Positions 24,591 through 37,300 of a DNA stretch of 64,000 nt are shown piece after piece (the first letter of the stretch is position 1; every line of letters starts with the position of its first letter). The translations under genes and the position numbers were made by a program. Source of the stretch: Hemiscyllium ocellatum (Eukaryota); assembly GCF_020745735.1 (NCBI RefSeq), contig NC_083428.1:28582001-28646000 (forward strand), read 5' to 3'. Under the pieces are notes generated by a model. That model was not told where the DNA came from. It saw only the letters and a program-made list of their open reading frames with translations, and made no database searches.

Positions 24591-27500
24591 ATGGAGGAAC
24601 GCGAGAGCGGAGTGGGGCTGCAGCAAGCGGGGGAGTCGGCGCAGAGCCTGCAGCCGGAGGTCGAGGTGGAGAGGCCGGGCCTGCAGCATAAACTGCTCCG
24701 GCTGCCGCTGAGCCGGATCAAGGGACTGATGAAGGCTGATCCCGATGTGTCGCTGGCGAGCCAGGAGGCCGTGTTCGCCATCGGCAAGGCCACGGTGAGT
24801 GAGTGGTGGCCACCCCGACCCCCTGGAGAGAGCCATCGGCGGCCGCTAGAGGCCCTGACGGTCACTGTGACCTCCTCCCGGGTGCAGTCCATTGGGTCTC
24901 TGCCCGCGTTCCTTCATTGATCATGGTCTGGGCTGGTCGGTGAAGGTGCAGAGTATATTTACCAGAATAATCTCCAGCAGTTAAATTACAAATAGAGACG
25001 ACACAAATTAAGAAAAAAAATGTAAAATGCTGGACATTTTACCAGAACTTCTCTAGTGTAGCCCATTCCTGGATAATAGGTTAAACATCAATTACTCTAG
25101 AGACCTGGCCACTAAAATAAAACTCAAACGTTGGTGCAGTTTCTGAACCGTTATCAATATAACTTTTCCCCGTTTATATAGATGCTACTAGATTAAAGAG
25201 CATCATCAAAATGATAGAGCCCGACTTTTAAAAATAAAACGGACTCATCAACATACAAAGGCTTCATCAGAGGCTCACTGATGATGTTGGGGGTCAAGAT
25301 CAGAGTGGTGCTGGAAAAGCACAGCAGGTCAGGCAGCATCTGAGGAGCAGGAAAGTCGATGTTTCAGGCAAAAGCTCTTCATCAGGATGAGGCTGGGAGC
25401 CTCAGGGGTGGAGAGATAAATGAGGAGGGGGGCTGGAGAAAGGTAGCTAAGAGTGCAATAGGTGGATGGAGGTGATAGGTCAGAGGGGACGGTGGAACGG
25501 ATAGATGGGAAGGAAGATTGGCAGGTGGGACAGGTCATTAGGGCGGTGCTGAGCTGGAAGGTTGGGTCTGGGGTAAGGGTGGGAGGGAGAATGAGGAAAC
25601 TGGTGAAATCCACGTTGATGCCATGGGGTTTGTTGGGACAGATCCTCTGTCCCCGTGTTCGTTTGGAGGAGAGAGACACCGGGTCTGATTAAAAGTATAA
25701 ACAGGTTTAATGAGAGAGAATCGTACACAGTACAGTGAGGTGTCTAGCTCACTGGAGAAGGCGTGTTCTGCCTATTTTTTTAATTTGTCTATCCTTTTGT
25801 TCTCTCACATTCCAGAGTTACATCCTTATTTGGTAAAATGCAGAATTTTCGTGTGTCATTGGTTCTCACCTGATAACGTTCTATTACCTCAGTTTGAGCT
25901 ACGTGCGTTTAGACATGGCTCCAATGTCCTGTTATCTCTCACCCTCCCTGGGGCTTCTTCAGGCTATGCCATCAGCTTTTCAGTCTGTTCTTAGTGTAAC
26001 ATAATGGCTTACTGTTGTCTAGTGAAGCCAACAAGTTCCAGACTTGCTAATACTACCTTACGTGAGCACTACCTAACAATAAAGTTTCTTACACTATCTA
26101 ACCTTAATAATGGATCCCAACAGGCTGAAGGGTCCCAAGGCGAAAGATAAGGCATTCTTCCTTCAGGCATCGGGTGGTGAGGAAGCGGCGGTGGAGGAGG
26201 CTCAGGACCTGCATGTCCTTGGCAGAGTGGGAGACTGAGTTGAAATGTTTAGCCACAGGGCAGTGGGGTTGATTGATGTGGATGTCCCGGAGATGTTCTC
26301 TGAAGCATTTTGTAGAGGAGACCGCATTGGGAACAACTGTACAGTAAATGACCTGTGTGGAAATGCGGGTGAAACTTTGATAGATATGAAAGGCTCCTTT
26401 CTGGCCTTGGATGGAGGCGAAGGGGGTGGGGGGGGAGGTTTTGCAGTTGCTGCGGTGACAAGGGCAGGTGCCAGGAAGGGAGGGTGGGTTATTAAGGGGT
26501 GTGGACATGACCAGGTAGTCGCGGAGGGAACAATCTTTACGGAAAGTGGATGGGGTGGGGACGGAAACATATCTCTGGTGGCGGGGTCTGTTTGTAGGTG
26601 GCGCAAATGGTGGAGGTTGCTGGGGTGGAAGGTGAGGACCAAGGGGTTTTGACCATGTTGCGTCTGAGGGGTGGGGTTCGAGGGTTGAGGTGCAGAGCGT
26701 GGATGAAATACGTGGAGAGCATCATCAACCGTGTGGGAGGGGAAATTGTGGTCTTTAAAGAAGGAGGCCAGTTGATGTGTTCTGTTGTGGAACTGGTCCT
26801 CCTGGGACCATATGAGGTGAAGGAATTGGGAATAATGGATAGCATTTTTGCAGGAGGTAGGGTGGGAGGAGGTGTAATCCAGGTAGCTGTGGGGGTCACT
26901 GATGATGTTACCTAGTATGGTGATGAAACGTCTGAAAATAAACCTTCTAGCTCAGCAAACTTACATCCAGAACCTCAACCTGAGCTGCGAATCTTCTCAA
27001 AACTTGCTATCTTTTTCCATAAATCAGTCATGTATATCTGTTTAGCATTTTAGAAGTTCTAATTTTAATTTTTCAGCTTCAGTTAATTTATATCACTTAT
27101 AAAGACTGATATGATGTATAATCATTAAATTCTTGATGACAGTGACATTGCTCACCTTGCATAAGAATGCGTTAATTTAGATTAAGACTTAAGGAAACTT
27201 CAATCTTGGCATCATATTATTAATTGCTAATGAGGCAAAAGCAACCTGTCTCTGTGGGGAGGGATACAAAGGTTTGCCTGAGGGAGGAAATGCTGCTTCT
27301 GCTCAGGAAAGAGATTAGAGCTGTAGGAGAGTTGGAGCTGTATACTGGGTTCCTTGAGAGAGAGAGAGAACGTATTCTGAACAAACTGGGTATCCCATTG
27401 ACTGAACAATGTATTTGGTTTCTCCCAACAGGAACTATTTGTTGAAGTGATTGCGAAGGATGCATATTCATTCGCTTTGCGGGGAAAACGCAAAACTATC

Positions 27501-30500
27501 CAGCGAAAGGATGTGGGTGAGTCTGCCAGCAATTTGTTATTCCAGACTGCTACTTTGTTGTCAGAGTATACTCAAGAGTCTTTCTAGGATTATAACTTTT
27601 GTGAGTGGCTGAGTTTTAAAGTCATACAGCCATAGAGATGTACAGAACAGAATCAGAACCTTTGGTCAAACTCATCCATGCTGACCAGATATCCTAAATT
27701 AATCAAGCCACACTTGCCAGCTTTTGGCCCGTATCGCTTTAACCCCCTCCCATTTATATACCCGTCCAGATGACTTTTAAATATTGTAATTGTACCAATT
27801 TCCACCGCTTCCTCTGGCAGTTCATTCCATACACGCACCACCCTCTTCATGAAAAGGTTGCCATTTAGATCCCTTTTAAATCTTTCTCCTCATCTTAAAC
27901 TTATGATCTCTAGTTTTAGAACCTCCTACCCTGGGGAAAAGACCTTGACTATTAATCCTATCCATGCCCCTCATGATTTTATAAACTTCTTTATGATCAC
28001 CACTCAGCCTCTGATGCTCGAGGGGACATAGCTTTAAATTGAGGGGCGATAAATATAGCTCAAATGTCCGATGTAGTTGTTTTACTCAGGGTATAGTGAA
28101 GTGGAATGCACTGCCTGCAACAATAGTAACTGCAACTTTAAGGGCATTTAAATGTCATTGGATAGGCATATGGACGAGCATAGAATAGTGTGGGTTAGAT
28201 GGACTTCAGATTGGTTCCACAGGTTGGTACGGTATGGCCTGTACTGCACTGTAACGTTCTATGCTCTGTGCTCTATTCAGCCTCACCCTATACTCAAACC
28301 TTCCAAACCTGTGAACTGTGAACCTGCACTCCTCGTTTACTTTGTTTGGCAACACTCTCCAGGACCTTACCTTTAAGTGTGTAAGTCCTGTCCTGATTCG
28401 CAGCACTAAAATGTAGCACCTCACATATATCTGGATTAAACTCCATCTGCCATTTTTGGCCCATCTGATCAAGGTCTTGTTGTACTCTTAGTAACCTTCT
28501 TCAGTGTCCATTACACCATCAATTTTGGTGTCATCTGCAAACTTGCTAACCATACTTCCTGTATTCACATCCAAATCACTTAAGTGCTGAGCTAAGTTTG
28601 TTTGCGGAGTGGGGGTGCAAAGGTGAAATAGTCAGTTGTTGTTTTGTTTGGAAGTTATCCAAATTGCTAGATGGTTTATTTTTATTTCTCTTTCAGACAA
28701 TGCAGTTGATGCTACAGATGAATTTGCATTTTTGGAAGGTGAGTGCTTCCTCATTGCTTCACAGCTTTAACTTTGTTTTGTCTGTCATTTTCTCCTAATT
28801 CTTCTGTCAATCCTTCTTAGCCCAGGGGAGAAGGCATTGCTGCAACAAGGTGCAACAGACAAAATTATCTTAAGTTGAGGTACTAATATGAATGCTCAAA
28901 CTTGTTGAATTCCACGATCTTTCAAGACTGTTGTTCATCTTTCATGGAAGCAATAATTCTACTAATACAATGTACCGTTCTATTCACTCAATCACTTCTC
29001 TAACCTATTCTTAAAAGTACTCTTAATCAAACTGTTGGGACATCTTTTTTTATTCATGATGAGGGAGTCGCTGGCTAGACCAGCATTTATTACCTAACAC
29101 TAATTGCCCAGAGAGCAGTTAAGAGTTAACCACATTGATGTGGGTCTGGAATCACATGTAGGCCAGATCAAATGAGGACATTAGTGATCAGATGCGTTTC
29201 TGAGCCAACAGTCCAGCAATAATACCAATAGGCCATCATCTCCCCTTAATGAGGCACAGCTGACACACATGGGACTTGAACCCAGACCTTTTGGCCCACT
29301 GATGGGAGCATTACCTCTGATACAAGATCTGCTTACCCTATTCTTAACTATTGACATACTTTTTGCTTTATTCATATTTTGGTATTGCACTTCACAGCTT
29401 CACATTTGTTTTTTTATCCTAACTTGCTTGTTTATAATCTTCTTTCGTTCCCCTGTAAATAGTTTCTGTACATTGTCACACCTCTTTATGATTTTAGTAT
29501 TTATCACATCACTCATAATAGTATTGTACCCAATTGTGACCTTATGATTATATTCACTATGCCATTTTGACTCTTATTTTAAACATCTTAAAACTCAATA
29601 TTGTATAAGCTTATCTCTTTACACTCTTATCCTGCTGCTTTTAATGTCTTATTTATCTGAATTCCAAATCCCTCTTCATTTCCACATTGCCTGGCTTTCA
29701 CTTCAATTACTAGGTTATTACATTTCTCGCTCAATTCTCCCTCTCAAACAACTCAAAATAATTAACAGACTGTGAACTACTTTGAGACGTGCTCAGATCA
29801 CTAATGTGAAATGTTAATGCTGTTTGCTTCTTAGAATTAACTTTACTGTCACATGTACTCACATGAGTATAGTGAAAAGTTTACAAGTCACCACTTACGG
29901 TACCATGTTAGGTACAAGAGTACGTAAGCACAGATTCTTAAGTATAGATTCTTAGGGGTACATTAGAAAAATTCAAAATCATAGGAATAAAATAAATAAA
30001 TGAATGTGTTTTTTAATTAAGAATTGCAGTCCTTCCAACCCAGTCTGCGACAGTACCTAGCCTCCAGACTACAAAAGGACTAAAAAATTACATAAATAGA
30101 GTTCATCATCTGAACAAGGGGTCTACAACACAAATACACTGCTTTTGCAAAGTCCCCAGCCAGAAGTCTTTGCTCCAGGCACCACGTCCACCGAGTCGAA
30201 GCTTCAGGCACCACCACCATCACTGCATCCAAAGACCCCCCGAGTCCCCACTACTGGCCTACCACAGGTAGAAACCTTTTTTTGGGCACAGTCATGACTA
30301 GTGACCCTCCGAGTCCAGGCACTAGGCCTACCGCAGTCAGGAATCATCACTCCGGGCACTGTCACCACCGCAGTTAATCAACATTTCTCCTGATTCCCCA
30401 TGACATCAGAAAATAACAAAAAACGCCATTCCCCCTCCTATCTTTCTATCCTTCCTATAGTATCTATATCCTATACTCTACCAGTCTTGTGCATCCCTGA

Positions 30501-31443
30501 GCTACGTTTCCATAATAGCTATGATATCCCAGTTCCATGTTGTCAACCATGCCCTAAATTCATCTGCCTTGCCTGTCAGGCCTGTTGCATTGAAGTAGTA
30601 TGACCTGAGGGGTAACTTATTCATGCAGAGGGTGGTGCATGTATGGAGCAAGCTGCTAGAGGAAATGATGGAAGTGAATACAATTATAATGTTTAAAAGG
30701 CCTCTGGTTATATGAATACAAGGGATTTAGAGGCATATGGGCCAAATGTTGGCAATTAGGACTGGGAAATCAATTGGGAGGAGTGGGACCAAAGAGTCTG
30801 TTTCCATATTGTATGACTGACTATCTAATGAAGACAAAATGGAAAGAAAAGAAAAAGATAGCAGATAAGCTCCAGGCTCCTGGGCTTAGGACCCCACCTG
30901 CTGCATTGCTACCCCACTGCTATCTTGAGAAAGAATCACAAATACTGTATAACTTTGAAATTTTGGGCCTTTGTTCGTTTCATATTTTCTGCGTTTGCAG
31001 TGTTTTGCTTTTGATTCAATTAATTTTTTCTTTCTCTCTCTCCCTTCACTTTCTTGCCCCCTCCGTCTTTTTCCTCCTGTATGGTTATGCTTGTATGCCA
31101 CACTTTATTTCGTGGTTATCTTTCTTGATATAGAATTTTTTTACTGGCACTTTTGTTGGCTCTTAATGGGAAAAGTAGTGTGTGAATGAAGAAAATTGGT
31201 TTCCACCCTGATTGTTTTGAAATGATGATTCTAAATGATCTGATTGTTTGAGTCCCTAAATCAGTTTGATCCAAGGAACACCATTATTTTTCCCAGGTTC
31301 TGATGGTGCCACTGCAATTCTATAAAGGTGGACTTTGCAATAGTCACTGTTTCTTGGTCTGCATTTTGTTAACATAATTGCTTCCTGTGTGTATGTTCCA
31401 GAGAATTTCAGTGCACTTTATTCTTCCAGGAACTCTGGACTGA
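24591..31443 (+). CDS. pole4: DNA polymerase epsilon subunit 4 (H2A-like histone fold); exons 24591-24794, 27432-27516, 28697-28738, 31430-31443; 114 aa
   Basis: MEERES...RLPLSRIKGLMKADPDVSLASQEAVFAIGKAT|ELFVEVIAKDAYSFALRGKRKTIQRKDV|DNAVDATDEFAFLE|GTLD*. All three donors are GTGAGT and all acceptors CAG. Phases 0, 1, 1 (204+85+42+14=345 nt). Confidence 0.95.
25289..26895 (-). mobile_element. Degraded Penelope-like element (RT C-terminus, GIY-YIG, tail) interrupted by a solo LTR
   Basis: Minus peptides MVLTFHPSNL...HLQTDPATRDMFPSPP and FREHLRDIHINQPHCPVAKHFNS...LIFRLGTLQP. Tail has a decayed hammerhead (CTGATGA at 25385-25379, GAAACATC). 14-bp TSD TCACTGATGATGTT (25275-25288 and 26896-26909). 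Confidence 0.85.
25631..26122 (-). mobile_element. Solo LTR (492 bp)
   Basis: Termini TGTTGGGA...TCCCAACA (8-bp inverted, TG..CA). Near-identical 4-bp flanks GGTT/GGCT. ATTAAA on the minus strand near 25706. The PLE sequence resumes on both sides. Confidence 0.75.
26896..26935 (+). ncRNA. Minimal hammerhead ribozyme motif of a second, probably PLE-derived, repeat family
   Basis: TCA-CTGATGA-T-GTTACC-TAGTAT-GGTGAT-GAAA-CGTC-TGA. Full core, 6-bp stem II, ACGT stem III, 3-bp stem I (TCA/TGA). Confidence 0.65.
27620..28580. mobile_element. Cluster of CR1 LINE fragments in POLE4 intron 2 (minus about 27620-28020, plus about 28020-28275, minus about 28275-28580)
   Basis: MKRVVRVWNELPEE peptide, CR1 3' tails, and the reverse complement of the FADDTK-region DNA (ttttggtgtcatctgcaaactt). 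Confidence 0.75.
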
Positions 31444-31565
31444 ATTGGAACCAAGCTTCACAAGAGGCCAAATTGACTATAGAGAGCTGTGTTCAAAGGT
31501 TCTCACTATATGTGTATGTATATTTTGTATAATCTGTAAAAAGGTTGTTGTATCTGTAATGATTG

Positions 31566-31750
31566 ATTCCAGATGTGAATGTTTGCAATTATATGACTAT
31601 ATTATGAAGCTTTTGTGATTTTATCTTAATCATGCACATCCTAACCACAATCATGCTGCTGCTGAGGTTAGGATGTGCACGCATAAAACAAAATCCCAAC
31701 ACATAACGCAGAATCAATAGTGTACGCAAAACAGATCATCACTTGGAATA
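31566..31750. repeat. Long imperfect inverted repeat downstream of the POLE4 stop codon
   Basis: Perfect 14-bp stem TGCACATCCTAACC (31633-31646) / GGTTAGGATGTGCA (31666-31679) with a 19-nt loop. Patchy complementarity continues about 65 nt on each side. Confidence 0.75.
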
Positions 31751-34315
31751 TATCTGTAATGCAAAGCTAGCATCACCACCTAATGATATATTATCCTAGA
31801 AGGTGTGCTGACACAACAAAAAGCTTCAGGGCACAGGCTTTTACATTATTGCAGTTGTACAGGATATGATCTGAAACCTGTACTGCTTAAGTGTGGAAAC
31901 TTAACTGCCTTGACCCTCAGTTAATTCCAACCTGAAATATATTCTAACAGAACTGCTATTCTATTCGTTCATGTTAGTTTCCAACTCACTTCCAGATGAA
32001 CTTCCTGTGCATTGCAGGAGGGTGTTAATATTGAAATACAATTATGTAATTTTGTCAGTGATTTCAGACCCTAATGGTATTTATTCGACTTGAAGTCAGC
32101 TTTGTATCACTACAGTACATGATGTCAAATAACACAAGTCATACTTTGCATCCTTTTTTTTTTGAACCAAGATTACTCCAATCCCACAGCCCACAATTTT
32201 TCATTACCGTCAACCGGTTTGGTCGCTTGTCTACCTGATAGTAATATACTTGAGGAATCCATTGTAATATCTATTTGTAGGGTTATTGGCCAGTAAACAA
32301 TATACCTGTTGCTACATGCACAAGGGATTTTGTGCTGTCCTATCAGCACTGCAATATGAATTTGCTGGTGAAGGGTGAGAATTATAGGTCAACTTGTGTA
32401 ATGTCTAATATCTTGATGACCTATTTTCAAGTGATAATCTTCTTTGTGTAATCCCTCATAACCTAATTCCACTAATTTAATATGCCATGTGCTGTATCAT
32501 GTTTTGTCTAACCTCCCTGCCCCCCCCACCTTCAAATTACAAGAATGCAAAGGGTCTTCAATAAATACTATTAAATTAACAATGACCAGAATTTGTTAAA
32601 CTGGATTCAAAGTTGGTCATAATGCCTGTTAATGCTAATGGCCAGGAAGAGTCCAGTTTGAGAGTCAAGTTTTAAAGGATAGTTATCGATTAAAGAAAAC
32701 TGTGCTTTATCTTTTGAATAAGTTCAATTTTTAATGACCTTTGTGATTGTTAGTTGAGTCCTTCACTTTGCTGTACATTTCCTCGTGTTCATTCTTGATG
32801 TGAGTTGACTTTGTTTTCTCTCATCATTTTCTATTTTCTTAGCTTTTGATTTCAGAGGTTATTGGTCCAGGTCTTGTGCATGAGCACACAAGGCTGACCT
32901 TGTCAATGTTGTAACAAATGAAAATCTATTAATAAGTTCGTTGGAGAGCTGAAGAAAGACAGGGCTGTGGTTGCAAAGCGTAACAGTCAGAAATTCCTTA
33001 ACCACTTTATCCATGAGAGGTTTTTCAGAAAGAAGCTGGGAAACATCATAACATAAATGGATTTAAGCTATCACCTGCTTAAGATAGTAAGCATTCTACA
33101 TGATTAAAGTTATCAATTCTAGACTGGCTGAAAGCTTTTATATTTGAATAAATGCTAAGAATAGATGGAACATATCCCTGAATACTAAATGGATAAGCTG
33201 TGTAATTGTAGGTGTGATGTTGGCAATCATTGAGGATATTGATAAACAAAAGGCAGAGACCATAAGATTTCAAATGGGTTAACATGATTTCCATATTTAT
33301 ACATATCCTTAAAACAGTCAACTAGAGTTTACGAATAGTATTCAGAACTGCTGCAGGTCTTTCTCTGCTTCTAAGAATGAGGTTTACTAATGTTTGAGGA
33401 TGTTTGGATTCCGGTAATAGCCTGAATATAGTAATATAGGTTGCTACAAGCAATCAAGGTGAGGCATGCTTTACAACCTTTGTGCATGAGATTTTAGGAG
33501 AGATGAGAAATTGCATTTCAGTTTATGAAAGTGGGTAGACCAAGAATAATGAGGTGAAGGGAAGGGTGAAACAGCAAAAACGAGCAATGCCTTTTATGCC
33601 ATTAGAAGAAAACAAACTGGAGTTTTGAGATAGTGAAAATAACAGAAAACCAGTGAAGGAAGATGAGAGTATCACTTGAGCAGTAAGAGACCAAGGAGCA
33701 GTGAGAGAATTGAATTTCAGTTCATGGTAGAAATGAGAATTAATGAAACAGTGAAGACTTGGGAGTATAATAGTGGAGGTGGGAAAGTAAATTATTAACT
33801 AGAGTCTGAGAGAGAGTGTGATTGAAAGGTGGAAAGAGACAAGATAATATCAGTGAAGGAGTGAAGTAATAAAAAAACTGAAGATAAATGAAACAAAACT
33901 GAAATCATGCTGTTTGTTCACATTATATTCTTGTTTGAAAGTTTACAAATGTGTTGAAGTCACCAATCCTATTATGCTATATGTATTCTGTATAATACAT
34001 CAATTTACATTAATCAATGCCAGAATTACTCTTGATCCTGATATATTAATACATCTGTATAACACTATATACACATTTACACATTTTATAACTCATTCTG
34101 CAGTCTGCACACATTGCTTTAGGGATTGACCTTTTTCTTTAAAGCCATTTCTCAGACCAACACTTTTCTTGCATGGTAAGCATTTTTAAAACGATTGCTA
34201 TTAACCCCATTGCTTTCAGATCTCCTGAGGATGCTGGTTTCTCACCTCAGGAGCTAGACATTATGCAAGACTGGGATGGTTATGAGAACTCAGTGAATGA
34301 GGGGTCCATAATGAG

Positions 34316-37300
34316 TTAATGGCACCCACAGCTTCCAGCAACCATGTCATCATACTGTTTCAGGACGACGTTTTCATCATCATCAAAATAGAGAAGATTA
34401 ATGGAGAAGAGTTTGTCTGGGATACAGCATGGAGATGCCACATCATTAGCTAGTTTAAGAGCATTGATAATAGACTGGACAGTGGCATGATTGGTTGGTC
34501 TCATATTTTGGCCCAGTGGGAAGAAACATGCTCCTTTACAATGATAAGCATTGTAACCTCGAGGGGAGATAATCCAACCAGACCAGCCAATCTCTTCAAA
34601 GTCTACATATAGAGGATGCCTTTGACATGCTTGGAAATGCAAGGACCTTGTGTTTCGGTTCTGGCTTGCTTTGTTCTGGAGTGTTCTGTGAGAGAGAAAC
34701 GGAATCTCTGTGGCCATATCTGTAAATGTGGAGTATAATGAGTTAAGTCATCTCATGTATTCAGGGACCATTTATAAAGAAAAATCTTTTCTTGCCCTTT
34801 AAGATACCAGCACCATTTGTTTTTTTTTAAAGCAAATGTTGTAGACTTTGGCATTGTGTATTTTCAGCATTTTTCAATTATAGAGGAGCTGTGATTATCC
34901 GGCACTCGATTATCTATCTGAATATCGGATAATCCGGCAAGATTCAAGGTCCCAAAGCTCGGCTAAACTGTTATCCAAAATTTGATTAACCTAATGAAAT
35001 ACTCCCTGTCTGCGTCCTTTGGATAATTGAAGTTCCTCTATATTTCAGCTGCAGAGAAGGAAATAAACTTAATCTGACCTGAAACTTTTACTCAGGTTTG
35101 ACAGTTTCCTTTGGAAGGAAAAACAAAGTATTTTCTGTTTTTATTAATGCCCTCTGTATGTGTGTGTCAGCAAGGATTCTTGACTGAAACTAGTTTTTGG
35201 AAAGTTAAATCTTGTTGTGCTGGATTATGGTAATACTCCAAGCAAGGAATCTTTGAATTTTTTAGATTAATCTCTTAAACAAGCATTACTACCAGGAGAC
35301 AGAGGGAGAGAATAGCTTTTCCTTTTACACCTGTTATTGATCTGTAATCTATACTCCAGGTGTTGACCTACCTTTGAGATTACTAACAACTTTAAAACCA
35401 ACCATGGATCTGTCAGGTAGATACAATAGTGCTTGATGGCTCAAAACAGTCAAGTGAGAGAACAGTTCCAGTGCATGTCTGGCAGAAAATTCACTGTTTG
35501 GAAAGTCTAGGTCATTGTGTCTGAATCTGCCATCTGGAATGAGGGATTGCAGTCATGTTTTCAAACTCCTCCCACATAACTCTGCTAATGACTCACTCAG
35601 CTTCCTTGCTCTTTCTGGCATGGTATTACCTTCCAGTCAGCCACACATTGACTGTTACAACTGACATTACTCCGATTCCTGTTTTGTAGTAAGTATTTGA
35701 AATAATAAAGGAAGAGCCCTCAAGTCAGTCAATCCATCCATTGTAAAACCATATAGCTTTCCCTTACTGTGAACAGTACTTTGGGTGTTCTTGCAATAGA
35801 TGGACTGCACCTTTTCAGGGTGGCAACTCACTAACATTTTAGGGCAGTTAGGGATGGGTAACAAATGCTTGTTTTGCCAGTGACTCCATCATCCCACGAA
35901 AGGTGTAAAAAAAATTACAATAGTTCTGCAATGCCTCTTCCAATTCACCGCAAGCATTAGTTGTCTATTCGGGCCAACGTCTTCTGCTAAGCACTTAGAT
36001 GTGGGTCAGATGCAGAAGTAATTTAGAATTTTAAAAAGCCAATTGCTACATGGGATGTAAGGGTATTAATTAGGTTTAAAAATAAATAGTTACCATGTAA
36101 GGTGAGGGAGAATGAATTGGCTGTCCTGTTCTTTATAGAAGTAAAGTGATTGCACTGTTGTTGTGGTTTTTCACTTTGCCTCAGTCTGGCAGTCCTGAAT
36201 TTTGTCTGAACTAATGTATCAGATTAAGAATTAGACCTATAATTTTTCATGTTGTGTCCAGCTGGGCAGCACACAGGACAGGTGCCATAATTTAAAGTTA
36301 ATTACTTTTATATAAATGAAGAGAATTATACTTTTGGCTCTTAAATAAGTTTGAAGGAAGACTGTCAATAAGTGACCCAAATGAGACTGAAACCAACTAG
36401 TTAAAGCAGGAGCCTAATTACAGCTTTTTGTGAATGTGTTTAAACAGAGTACAGTAGTGAGGTGGATCTTATCTTTGGTACCAATCATAAGGACTTTACC
36501 TTTTCGTGACGGGGAAGTGGTAATCCCTCTCCTCTCCTCGTCTGTGAAGAGGACCAGCATTGGTTGCTTGCTGCTGTGATGATCTCGTCCTGTGGCAAAA
36601 CGGACAAAATGATTGCTGGTCTGCTGCCCAGCCAGAGTTTGCACAATGACCATCAAGCCTTTGTTGCTCTTTATATCCTGTGTCCATGCATATACCTGCA
36701 CAAATAAAGAAATCTTCCATCAATCTAATACAGCAAGTGTTTCATGCAGGTTATAATTCCCTCTATTGTATCTCATGAACACTGTCAAATCAGCTGCAGC
36801 AGATGTCAGAAACCGAACAAAATTCCTTTTACTCATTCCAAGCTATGTGTCTTCACCATCAACCCCAGAACAACAGCTCCTATTGCACCAAAGAGACATT
36901 TCCATTTTCCATTTGCAACACCGATATATCTGAGGTCATTGGGCTCTGCATTGCTCACATATCTCGAATAAGGAAAACCCTGATTAAGTTGTCAATACCT
37001 TTGAAAGACAGCTTTTTCATGTCCATTATATGCAAACCTATCCACTTTGTGTGAAGTTCATATCATATGTCCTTTTGTACCACTTAAAACTGTTCTTGCT
37101 TTAGTATCTTATCGCATATTTAAACAAGACATTGGATTAATTTTATCAGTGTCATTGAATTTACACAAAGCTTGAGTCACCGTTTTGAGGTTTAAGAAGT
37201 CATTCCTGAGGAACTCAATTGTTGTGCATCAATCCCATGATTTAACTATGTACCATCTGTAGATTGAATATTACTTTCCTTCCTTTTTATAGCCAAAACA

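Noticed and set aside
23931-24920. Long repetitive ORFs on both strands, including one (24072-24920) in frame with POLE4 exon 1 that would add (ALRLAEWGDG)n
   Set aside because: They are by-products of a nearly stop-free 30-bp GC-rich repeat. There is no in-frame ATG upstream of 24591, and the ATG at 24591 gives a normal-length POLE4.
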